A stretch of 52,690 nucleotides of DNA, counting the filler, from Bipalium vagum (taxonomy: Eukaryota), in the NCBI GenBank assembly GCA_037834085.1. It is 3 parts of 3 records of this genome, joined end to end, with 100 filler letters (N's around TTAATTAATTAA, not from the genome) between each part and the next. Parts side by side here need not be neighbours in the genome. Positions count along the whole stretch, not along the records: positions 1 to 20,138 come from JBBMKC010259505.1; positions 20,239 to 36,750 come from JBBMKC010107530.1; 1 more part is not named here. One strand, given 5' to 3'. The notes beneath the pieces are model-generated. The model was not told where the DNA came from. It ran no database searches and saw only the letters and a program-made list of their open reading frames with translations. Each line of letters opens with the position of its first letter. Positions within the stretch are counted from its first letter, which is position 1. This document shows positions 13,501 through 24,600 of the stretch, one piece after another. The position numbers and the translations under genes are program-made.

Positions 13501-16500
13501 AAACGCAATATTCTTGAACAAAAAGTTCTATTATGCATCTGGTGGACCAGAAGGAGTAGGCTTATATGATATATTAAAAAAAGTGAAAAAGGAGACAATA
13601 TTTGTTATACTCAGTAATTGCTGAAACCGAATATATTATTGAAGTAAAAACGGCCAGAATGGATTGATAAACACGGTAAAATAATTTTGTTTGACAATAT
13701 GCGACTATGATGAATCACTGGAGGTGATTGTGTTGCAAGTCTTACTCATTCACCATATTCTTTATATATGGGTAGATCTGACTACTTCTTGTTTAGATAG
13801 CTGGCAAATAGACTCGTGATAAACTCTTTCATAATTACAAAACAAAAAATGGCTGGAGAAATTGATTTCGTTCCAAGAAGAAAACCTTTTTCTGAAGTAT
13901 TTATAAGTTGCTAGAAATTTTGGCAAATTTTTCACCTAACAATGAGTAATATTTATAATTAAAGTGTAACGATAGGTTTTCAAAATAAATATCGTTTCTT
14001 AAGAAATCCGCAAAATTAACTGGTGCTCCATATATATATTTTGAAGCTTATTGACTAAAATATTGAAAACAGCTGAGGAAAAAAAAAGAAAAGATCGAAC
14101 CACATATCAAAATTGTATTAAAAGAGATAATTTCTACTTTTAGAATTGCTTTCTAAAATCTTTTTCTTAAAAAATATAAATATAAAAGCTTCCGTGATTG
14201 AAAAAATAGAAATATTTAAGAAAATAATAACAATAATAATATTCCAAAGTGTTACCTGAAAAAAATTTGTTAACAAAACATGTATGTTTACACGAATGAA
14301 TTAAAACAACAAGAACAAACCAAAACATGAAAAGAAACATGAAGAAAAATAAATATATTCAAACATAAATTCAGAAACTTTTCTATTTTTAATTGAATAT
14401 GTTAATATTGGGATCCTGCGAATTATTAACAATTTCTTTGATACGCTTTTCATCTATCTGGGAGTCATTACGGAGTCGGAAAACATTAATAATAATTGTA
14501 CTGTTGGCATTGGCATTATAAGTGAAAAAATATTTCTACAAATTTCTGATTAATGGAAATTAAGAACTTTAATTAATCCCAAGATTCCTTTCTCACATTT
14601 AACGAACATTGTTACGGAAAATATTGATTTAAATTATAATTTATTAAATATTAAAAAAAACAAGAATATAAAAATATAATTTTAATATATATTTTAAGAA
14701 GAAACTTTTCACCACCAAACAGTCACTTTTGTTGTAACTTCAGCTTTCGAAAATTTTGTGGGCTTGATCATTGTTCAACCATTGAGGTGACCGCTGTCGA
14801 TTGTTGTATAGTATTTGCTTTTCATCAGATATCAAAATTCGGTAGAGAAAAGAATCATTTTTGTTCGCAAAATATGCTAAGAAGAAACCCCAAATCGATG
14901 ATTTTACTGATTTTCATTTAGGCCGTTTGGAACTCATTTGACAATGTTTTATGACTTAACAATTTGTCTGAGATAATTTGAAATTGTTCCAATTTTAACA
15001 CCTAAATCTATTGTAAGGTCTCTAATAGTGATATTTGCGGTCATATCTATCAATGATTTCAACCAGTGATTATCGATTGAAGTCTTTCGATCACAAATCT
15101 ACACATCACCTAGTGTCTTATTTACATCCCGAAACTTTTTGAATCGAAATTGTAAGATAAACTCATTAGTCGTTCCTTCATCGAATGCCAAATTGATGTT
15201 GCGACTTGTTTCCGCTGTTTTGTGTCCCAGTTTAAACTCATAAAAAATTGCAAGTAAATGATGTTACCTTAAAAATTCATAATAACGTTTTATAAAATTA
15301 AATAATGATGAAATTGTTACAGAATATATAAGGGATACAAATAAATAACGCGGATTTATTTAAAATCGATTTAGTGACATTTCGAAATATAAATAAATTT
15401 TTTTGAATAATGTCTAATCAATAGAGTAATTATTTAAATTTTCACAATATGTTAATAATTTTAAAATTTTTAGATCTTAATATATCAACATTTACACCAA
15501 GCAAAAAACACTTGTGGGAAGTTCTCATTCATTACTTCATGATGAGTAAAATTGCCTCAGAAAACTGCCGGATATTATTCAAGCGTTGGTTTCACCGCTT
15601 CAGAAGTAATGATTTCAATGTAAAGGATAAAGAACGCCCTGACTATCATTCCAAATTTGAAAACCACGATTTACAAAATTTATTGCACGAAGATGCCTGT
15701 CAATCGCAAAGTCAATTTGCCACAAAATTAGATGTGACCCAGCAAGCAATAAGCGCGCGCTTACATGATATGGATAAGATTTTAAAGGATGGACTTATTT
15801 TTACAAAGGCACAAAAGAAAGTCTTTCTTTCATCGACTTTTACTAGAAGATGAAAAGTGGATCTATTTTGAAAATCCCCAAAGTACGAAATCATGAGTTA
15901 ACCCAGGTCACCCATCAAAACAAACTGCAAGACCAGAGCGCTTCGGAAAGAAAACAACGCTCTGCGTTTGGTAGGATAAGCAAAGCGTGGTGTACTATGA
16001 GCTTCTCAAATCAGGTAAAAGTGTTAATTCAGAGAGATACCCAAACCAAGTAGCCCAGCTGAATCAGTCTTTAAAAGTTAAACATCCAAAATGAGTCAAT
16101 TAATATGGCAAAGTAATTCTTCTACATGACAACACAACGCCTCACACTTCTAAAGAAGTTAAAAGATATGAAATAGAAAGTACTCACCCACCCACCGTGT
16201 TCACTAGATCTTACGCCTTCCCATTTTCACCTGTTTCGTTCAATGGAATATAGACTTGCTGAACAGCACTTCAAATCGTACAAAGGTGTCCAAAATGAGG
16301 TCTCTTTTTTGTAGGTTTTATTAGGTTGGTACAAATGTCCTCGAAACAAAAAAATTTCTTTTTGGATGGCATCCATAAATTGACTGAGAGATGGAAGAAA
16401 TGTGTGGATAACAATGGCCATTATTTTGAATAAATTGTTTTTTATTTTATTTATTTATTTTATTAGTTTCGAAATTACCATGATTCGGTTATTAAAAAAA

Positions 16501-17770
16501 TCCTCATTATTTACTTATACCCATAATACAATTTTAAATTGACCGCTTTAAAATAATATATATGCATTAAAAGAACAAAAGTTAATATCAAAATATCAAA
16601 ACCGACATTCATTTTCAAACAACCTCATTATTTATGATAGCAATTAAAATTAAAACAAATGAATTTTTATTACTAATATTTTTCGTGAACTATTTCAAAT
16701 ATCACATTAACGAATGTTACGAATTAAATATTTCATTGATGTGCACATTTGTCTGGGAGAAAGTATAATTGAAATTTTAGCCGGTTTGAAAAAAAATTCT
16801 TAAATTTCAGTGAAAGTTTTCCCAAATTTCTTCAAATCTTAAGAATTTATTTGCTCATCTTCAAATATAAATAAACAACTCAGCGGAAGTTTACAGAGAA
16901 ACAGCGTCACTGTATATATTCGCTGTATATCAGAAATAAAAAAAACTTTTTTTTATTATTATTAAATAAAATTATAAAAGTGAATAATTTTTTGTCATCA
17001 AAATACTTTTAATACCATTTTTAGGGTTATTAAAAAAACATAAACGGATGGTCAAATTTTCGGGAATATTAAAATTCAATAAAATTTTCTTTGGAAATAT
17101 TTTTCTGTCATTAAAATATTTTATTTTGAGAAAATTTTGTTTTAATCGATGCTACCAAGTCTCACTAGAGTATTTTGGTCCGTTCAGGATTTCTTAACTC
17201 CTCTTCACATCAGTAGCCACTGCAACAACATTGAGGTTGGCCAGGCCCTGATCAGAAACGGTGCCAATGTCAATTTGAGAGGCCTGGTAAATCGCATCAA
17301 CCTCCGCAGTTTTCCATTGATTTTTTTCCTTGACATCGTTTAGAACGGATTTATAGCCCTGCACATTGCCGCCAAGCAGAACTATGGAGAATTTGTGAAA
17401 ATGCTGACCGTGTGCAGTTCATGTTTGATCGACACACAGACCGAGGTAAGCCGCTGTGATCGGATCTGGGCCATGGTGATCGAAGCTGCATTAGCGATGT
17501 CGATCGATTTTGTTGTCTGTTAATGACGGAATTTTCAGATTGCTGCCTTCTTTTTTTGATTTTCCATTACAGAATGGACTGACTGCTCTCCATATTGCAG
17601 CAATTATGGGATCGGAAAACATTGTCAGGATTCTGGTTGAAAGCGGATGTGACCTGAACATAACCGACGAGGCCGAGAGGACAAGTCTCCACATGGCCAC
17701 TATATTCAACCATTTCAGTATCGTTACCTATCTCACTGAACACGGGGCCGACATTGGCAAACAAGTGAAG
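7536..17770 (+). CDS. ANK: Ankyrin (ANK1/2/3, unc-44 family), partial: membrane-binding ankyrin repeats ~2-14
   Basis: Nine phase-0 exons with GT-AG boundaries: 7536-7733, 7779-7877, 7919-8137, 11387-11485, 11530-11727, 11777-11878, 17188-17286, 17344-17445, 17573-17770. Translation [18 protein letters not shown]...[49 protein letters not shown]...[14 protein letters not shown]...[12 protein letters not shown] follows the canonical ankyrin N-terminus ([14 protein letters not shown]...[12 protein letters not shown]...[13 protein letters not shown]...FTPLAVALQQGH) repeat by repeat. The start codon and all downstream domains (remaining repeats, ZU5/UPA, death domain) are not seen. Confidence 0.95.
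10340..11130 (-). mobile_element. mariner remnant spanning the first gap (ankyrin intron 3)
   Basis: Minus-strand [12 protein letters not shown] (YSPDLAPSDYHLF) at ~10605-10640, [11 protein letters not shown] downstream, and LEDEDGLGR-like N-terminal motif at ~10980-11010. Confidence 0.6.
10876..10975. other. Assembly gap (100 N)
   Basis: Run of exactly 100 N. Confidence 0.99.
12824..14032 (+). mobile_element. Near full-length dead mariner
   Basis: Imperfect TIRs TTAGGTGTAACACTTGATTCTGCGGATT ... AATCCGCAAAATTAACTGGTGCTCCATA flanked by TA. Motifs [56 protein letters not shown]; many stops and frameshifts. Confidence 0.85.
14705..15290 (-). mobile_element. mariner fragment, Hsmar1/cecropia-like
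   Basis: [52 protein letters not shown] and VTVWW resemble the Hsmar1 transposase; truncated at both ends. Confidence 0.8.
15329..16525 (+). mobile_element. Near full-length dead mariner, Mos1/mauritiana-like
   Basis: ORF 15449-15853 ([18 protein letters not shown]...[19 protein letters not shown]...[31 protein letters not shown]) resembles Mos1. Later motifs [50 protein letters not shown]. Imperfect TIRs at ~15329-15365 and ~16490-16525. Confidence 0.9.
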
Positions 17771-17899
17771 GTTGATCATACGATTTCCATAATGTCCAAG
17801 TTGCATTGAATTTAATATCATTGATTTTTATGATCCAAATTTGCAAAATAATGAAAATAAAAGATCTGTCAATGATCGTAAACCGAAAAATAATAAGAA

Positions 17900-18720
17900 T
17901 TCCACGGGCTTTGATCTTGGACAATCTTTTTTATTCATTTTAAACATCTTTTCGAATTTTTCCTCATTAAATATCAATTAAATAAAATTAAAAATATTAT
18001 TATACCTCATCCAATAAAAGAAGCATTTTTTGCAGATTTTTTTCGTCTTAATAGTTTGGTACAAAAAAAATTATTTTAGAAAGATGAGGTGAATGAGATC
18101 AGGGACAGATCGCCAAACAATTACACTAATATTTTCCGGGTACGACATTGGGTTTGCAAATTCTCGTAGACATTCATAATGATCCAATCTTGAGCAGATC
18201 ATGGTTAGTTATTGTGCAGCAAACAATTTCTTATCGCACGTTACTATACGATCAAGGCACATTGGGTTTTTGTTGATCAGAAGTCTGGAACAGATGTCAA
18301 AAAGGCGTTTTCCTTTATCTTCTGTTAAATCATGCGATATCCATTTGTGCATCTTTTTAATCTTTCCAGACGTGTTCAACTAGTGCAGAACTTTTGTATG
18401 AAAAACGTTGATGTTTTCCACAATTTCTGGTGTAGTTTAGCTTTGATCTGCTTCGATCAATGTTTTCAAGTCATTAACTTCTGATGGATGTCCATTACCA
18501 TTTTCATCTTCGAGGATGATATGCCACCTTACATTTTACAAACCATTTACATTTGCTTTGCTCAATGGCTTGGTAACACCATATCTGGATTAGGCTTTTT
18601 GTGATTTTCACAACCTTAAGACTAAGTCTTAATTCATGTAACGAAATTATCCGAATTTCTGGTTTTGAAAGCATTTTTAAAATGGCTAACAAATTTAAGT
18701 AAATTGATGCATTTAAACAA
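17900..18720 (-). mobile_element. mariner remnant, Hsmar1-like
   Basis: LEDENGNGHPSEVNDLKTLIEAD, GKIKKMHKWISHDLTE and LDRIVTCDKK on the minus strand. Confidence 0.8.
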
Positions 18721-19239
18721 TTAACTATTTGATTATTAAGCAGAAAACGCACGATAAAATTATTTAAGAATATAAGATTTCTATCACAAATATTGAGACA
18801 GAAACAGTTTAAACAGTTTGGAGAGTCGCAAATCTCATGAGACGAGTATTAATAAAGACAATTGCAAGTTCTTAGGGGTTTTTGTTTGTTTTAATTGAAT
18901 TCAAAGTTTGATATGCTCAGAATTGTGTTAATGATTGATTTTTACAATCAAAATTGATTTATTAATTATTTTTGTTATAATTAATTATGAATGTTCAATC
19001 TTTGAAAGATACTGTAACGCTCCATAAAAATGTTAAATTTTAATTTTAATTAATCATTTTAATTTATAGAAGTGACAAATAATGCTCTCAATTAAACTCT
19101 AATTAATTAATTAATTAATTAAATTTCTTCACTTAAACAAAGTAATGAATAAGTAGATCATATAAAAGATCTTTATAGTTCTTATTAATTATTTAATTAT
19201 GATATCTGTAACAATTTATTGATTTACAAAGTTTCATAT

Positions 19240-19760
19240 GAATATGGAAGGCTATGGGTCAAATAAAAAAGGGTTTCGATAAATCCTAAGGAATATATTT
19301 TTTAAACATATGACAAAAAAGTTGAATTTTCAGACAAGAGTATTTTTCTATGATCAATAAACGTTCAGTTAAGAGACTTTAGAATTCTTTCAAGGGATAA
19401 TACTCAAAGATTCAGTTAGACACCACCGTCAATGTCCTCCGACGTTTTTACTTGAAAAAGAAATGGAAAGTAACATTTGGTAGTACAAATAATAATTTGG
19501 TTGTATACCAAATACATTTTCATGTATCGAACTTTATTTATTTTCTGTTAAATAAAGCCAATGTTAATTATAAAAGGCTCCACTAAAATGAACGCTGATT
19601 TCCTGGCCATGAATACTTACATGGTCGGGGTCAAGTTCAGAATGATGATGTCGAAAACGTTGTTGACAATATTTGGATATTTTACAATATTTCTTCTTAT
19701 TTTCAAAATTAGATAATAAAAAATATTATAAAAGGTCAGGTCATTTCGAACTGCCACCCC
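19240..19760 (+). mobile_element. Possible Merlin (IS1595-like) transposon 3' remnant
   Basis: Ends in GGTCATTTCGAACTGCCACCCC, resembling Merlin-type termini as recalled; only weak C-terminal peptide similarity. Confidence 0.3.
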
Positions 19761-20040
19761 AAGTTATGACGTCATTTTTACTATTTTTATTAATTTTTTC
19801 TTTATATTATTTATATTTTAAAAATATATTCGAAATATTTTTGATAATAAATTTAATATTTAGAAAATTAAAATGATTAATTACTTTCACAATATCTGAA
19901 TATGGGATGGGTACCATTAATTAAGATTAAATAATTCTTTCAATAATGTCCTTTCCTTAATAAATATACTTTTAAAAGCAAAAGAATATTTTTAAATTTT
20001 AATTAAAAAAATGAATGATTTTATTTGAAACAAAATAAAT

Positions 20041-20138
20041 ATAATAATGATAATAATAATGATAATGATAATGATAATAATAATGATAATAATAATGATA
20101 ATAATAATGATAATAATAATGATAATAATAATGATAAT
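20041..20138. repeat. (AAT/GAT)n compound microsatellite at a contig end
   Basis: ATAATAATG-type units run up to the gap and probably caused the assembly break. Confidence 0.95.
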
Positions 20139-20238
20139 NNNNNNNNNNNNNNNNNNNNNNNNNNNNNNNNNNNNNNNNNNNNTTAATTAATTAANNNNNN
20201 NNNNNNNNNNNNNNNNNNNNNNNNNNNNNNNNNNNNNN
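20139..20238. other. Assembly gap with artificial spacer (44N-TTAATTAATTAA-44N)
   Basis: Exactly 100 bp; the 12-mer at 20183-20194 gives stops in all six frames and recurs identically at 36795-36806. Confidence 0.97.
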
Positions 20239-20343
20239 TTTTTTGAGGAAACATGTGCTTTAACATATTCTTCCACATATTTAAATATAAACTAAATTAA
20301 AGTAATTATAATTATATATTTCCAACATTTTATGTAAATTACA

Positions 20344-20500
20344 GGGGTGGCTCCAAACATATGGACGGCATTGTATATCTTATGAAATACAAAATTGTTT
20401 ATGCATTAAAATTTTGCTTCAAATTAATAAATTTTTTCGACAATAAGCAATTATTTTATTTCATTTAAAAAACCGAACGGACTTAATTGCCAACCCAATA
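20344..20500. mobile_element. Two orphan ITm transposon ends (Tc1-like and mariner-like TIRs)
   Basis: GGGGTGGCTCCAAACATATGGACGGCATTG-TA (20344-20373) and AAAAAACCGAACGGACTTAATTGCCAACCCAA-TA (~20468-20500; reverse complement TATTGGGTTGGCAATTAAGT, mellifera-type TIR). Confidence 0.6.
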
Positions 20501-20907
20501 CTTAATTTATTAATTATAATTAAGTTTAATTTATATTTACTTAAATTTATATTTACTTAATCGATAAAAAATGACAAATATAAATTATGAATAAAATAAT
20601 TGGTTAACAATATAATTAATATTGATGACTTATAATATTTTACAAAAGAAGAGTAAAAAATAATTTTTGTTTTCCGTTTCGTTATCCAAAAGCTTCTGAA
20701 GAATTTCATTGGTTTCCATCAAAATAAGTCGACTGTCTGTCCTAACAAAATGAGAATATACTTCAAAATTGATTTTAAGAAAAATGTCCTGGTTATTGAA
20801 GCTCTAAGCTATGCCTCAGTATAAACAGTTTGTTAATTAATTTAACTATTTTTAATCGTTAATTTTGACTTTTTAACAAAGTATTGAATTAAATAAAAGA
20901 AGAATAC

Positions 20908-21619
20908 CATTGGCAATGTCGCTTCTTCTTCAGCTTGATATAACGTAGTTTCGCCAGGCGTGAGAGCTTAATTTTAAAAAATTGGTAAATTTGTTTTCAC
21001 AGAAAAATATCTTTTTGTTCTATATTTCTTATTGGAGTTACTTTAAAATCAATGGAAGAAATTTTATATCAATAATAACTGAGTGAAACGAAAGGAAATT
21101 ATTTAGTAGTTCTATTTTGTACAGCACCTAATTGAAATCGATTTAACAGATCTGTCCCAACGGCCTTTTTGATTACATTTATGTTGTAAATATTTAACTT
21201 CGTAAAACGCTGAAATATCTATTATAATACTTTTATCGATTTTTGATTTTCTTAAAATGGAATTTTTGACTTTTCAATATCATTTATTGTTTTAAATAAC
21301 AAAATAATCAAAAATTGGTTTTTTAAATGAAATATATTTTCAGGAAACTAAATTTTTTCTCTCTCAGACAATGAAATTAAAATTTTTCGAAAATAATTTA
21401 AAGGTATGTTGTTATTAATGAAAACTAAATCACCGGAGTATTTAATATTAATTGTTTGTTATTATCTTAAAATTAATAATGAGAAAAACAAATTCTGTTT
21501 TAAAAAATCATCATTTAATTAAATTCTCTTCGTTATATTTCGATGTTTTCGAAATGAAAAATAAATAAAACAAATAAATATATAAATAATATTTTAAAAA
21601 GTAATATAAATAAATTATG

Positions 21620-21650
<31 letters not shown>

Positions 21651-24600
21651 TAATAATAATCAAAAATACCACAGATACTGGATCTTTTTGAGCTAGAAAA
21701 ATCACTTTGTGATTTCAGATCTCCAACTTTGTTTCTTTTAATTTGCCCTTTAGTATTTCTTAAAGATAGTCGCTTATGAACGGAGGTCTCCGTGCCACTA
21801 GTGCATTCAGTATCTTGAGAAATGGATTTAGAAAAACATTTTTCTTCTTGAGATTCTGAAACATTTGGTAATTCCTCATTGTCAGGAAGTTCTGATTGGT
21901 CCTTTATATTCAGGTTGTCTGGTCGCTTATTTTTGAGCAGTGATTCGGTCGAAGTATCGTCTCCAATAACTTCAGTAGTTGGACTATGCATCGTTTGTTT
22001 CTGCTGCATTTTGGCTTGACACTGTCTCATGATGTTCATTGTATCTTGTTTCCGTTTTTCGTATCGGATACCCATAATGGTTTGACGAACCCGAGTGTTT
22101 ATAAAAGGCATTATTATTTCTTTGATATTACCGGTAAATTGACGAATGATAAGCAAGGTTGCTAGTTGCTACAATTACTGTTAATATCTTTATAATTTAC
22201 AATCATCACTTCTCGTAATTTGACCAAATCCTTTAGATAAAAGGCGATATAGAACAGAGAAAAGAATGAGTTCAAAAATTGAAACTATAAAATTATCAAT
22301 AAAAGATTATTAATTGAGAATTAATTTCAGTTGTAAAATAAACAATATATAGTAAAAAAAATATATGCAGTTATATTATTTATTGATTTTTATTATTAAC
22401 AATGACATTTTTTCTTTTAATTTATTTAAAAACATTTTTAAGAAACAGTTCAAAATCATTTCAAACATATAATTTTGATGCATATTTTTATTTTTATTTT
22501 TATTTTCATTATTATTAATTTCCGCTAAAACCCTGAATAATTATATTTAATCAATAATTAGTTTGATTGTGTTAAGTTTTCAACTCTTAATTTATTGACA
22601 AACCTTCAACATTATTTAATAATATATTCCAAAAGAAATCACACAGATTTTAAGTGAAATCAGTTTTTGTTAAAAATCAATAAACGAAAATTCTATATAT
22701 GCAAATATTATCAAAATATTTTTGATATAATTATAAAATAAAATTGAACTCAAAAAATTAATAAATTAAATATTTTTTTAATTAGCTGAACTAAAAGTGA
22801 ATATTTTGAAATAAAACAAATAATTCAGAAATATTCTCCGACACAAAAATACATTGCTACCAAAGTAAGGATAGTTAAGAAATTCAGATGTCATAAATAT
22901 GATATTTCCAGGAGACGTCAAAAGCCTTTTCGGTGGGAAGTGATCTATTACACCACCAGATAAAAGTCCTGCTCAAAAGGATTAATTTTATTCTTTTGAA
23001 GTATTATTGATCATATTTCATTCAGATTGTATTTCTTATTTCTATTTAATAAGTTTGACACGCATTTTTCATTTTTCAATTGAAATTTTTAATTTTCTTC
23101 TTAGGCTTTATAATGTTATCTTGTGTCTCACTCAATCAATACCATCAATTGATTGTTTCCACAACATAGCTGCGCCAATCACCCTCTTCATCAATAATGT
23201 TTCATCTAAAGTAATAGAATTTAACAAACGAAAATATTCTATTTACATTTATGGTGCGACCTCGACAGTATTTTTTTCAAACTTGAGAACCGTAAAAAGA
23301 TATTTAATTCGTGCTTTATTAACATTTTTAAATATATTCGGTGTATGCATATGTTTTAGTCCTTTTTTTGCATTACTTAAATGATCCAAATAATAATCCA
23401 AAAACTCCCGCCAAATTGCATTTTGGTAATTTAGATATTAAATTTTATGAAACATTTATTATTAATATTTTAATTTAGTTTCTTATATGATATCAAAAAT
23501 ATCGTTAAAAATGAGTGATGAAAAAAAATACACTTCATACTGCATTAGATATGAGTTTCGTCAAGACAAAAATGCTACTGAAGCATTTAAATCAATATAC
23601 TGTATTTTTGGGGAGAGTGCAGTATCCCGAACAACATGTAAATTTTGGTTCTGTAGATTCAAAGAAGGACATTTTGATGTTATTGATCAAGCGCGCGTTG
23701 GTGCTCCACAAAGGTTTGAATCTCAGAACTTGGAAGCATTGTAGAGTGAGAATACTGCCCAGCAGAACTCGCCAAACAAGTTGAAAACAGCCAAGCAACT
23801 GTTATCAAATGGTTAGACGAAACGGAGAAAATGCAGAAGCTTTGAAAGTGGATGCCACTTAAACTATCAGAAAGCAATCTTTTATGTCGATTAACAACAT
23901 GTGCGTCGTTAAGGCACAGAGGACTTTTTATGGAATATTGTTACTGGAAACAAAAAATTAATTACTTACAATAATCTTAAGTGCAGACACTAATAGGAAT
24001 AGCCTAGTATACCAGCTACCTTGGTCTGAAAAGAAAATATTAGCGGGAAAAAATTCTGCTTTGTATATGGTGGAATATGAAAGGTTCTATTCATTATGAG
24101 TATCTTCAAATAGGTCAGACTAATAATACTGAAAGTTACAGCAAACAGTAATACATTTGGCTGAAGAAATAGAGAAAATAATCTTTTTTCGAACAAAGGT
24201 CGCGTAAGATTATTTTTCTGCAAGATCATGTCAGACCGTATATGAATACACATGAAACAATCTTACATCTAGAGTGGGAAATTCTTCCTCACGCTGCTTA
24301 CTCTCCGGACCTAAAATTATCATGTATTTTGTTTATACAACACTTTTTAACTGGATTTCACTTCAAAATGTTTCCGAGATACGCGAATTTTTGGATATTT
24401 TCCTTACTTCGAAACCTACAACTTTCTATCGTCCTAGAATTTGCCAATTCAGAAAAGTGACAAACAATGATGGACAAAAATTATTCTTATATTGTTGATT
24501 GAACTTTTGTATCTATTGGTGTAAATAATATTATTTGCCTTTTATAACATTAAATTTTATTTTAAAAATATTAAAACTTATACATACCCCTAATAAGCCA

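Noticed and set aside
17491-17924. Antisense ORFs over ankyrin exons (also 8098-8280, 11659-11892)
   Set aside because: Shadow frames of GC-richer coding exons.
20183-20194. TTAATTAATTAA island inside N-runs (also 36795-36806) as a biological motif
   Set aside because: The symmetric 44N-12-44N structure totalling 100 bp with six-frame stops is an assembly spacer.
21511-21669. Poly-Tyr/poly-Ile tail on ORF 21533-22156
   Set aside because: Read-through past the splice donor into an intronic microsatellite.
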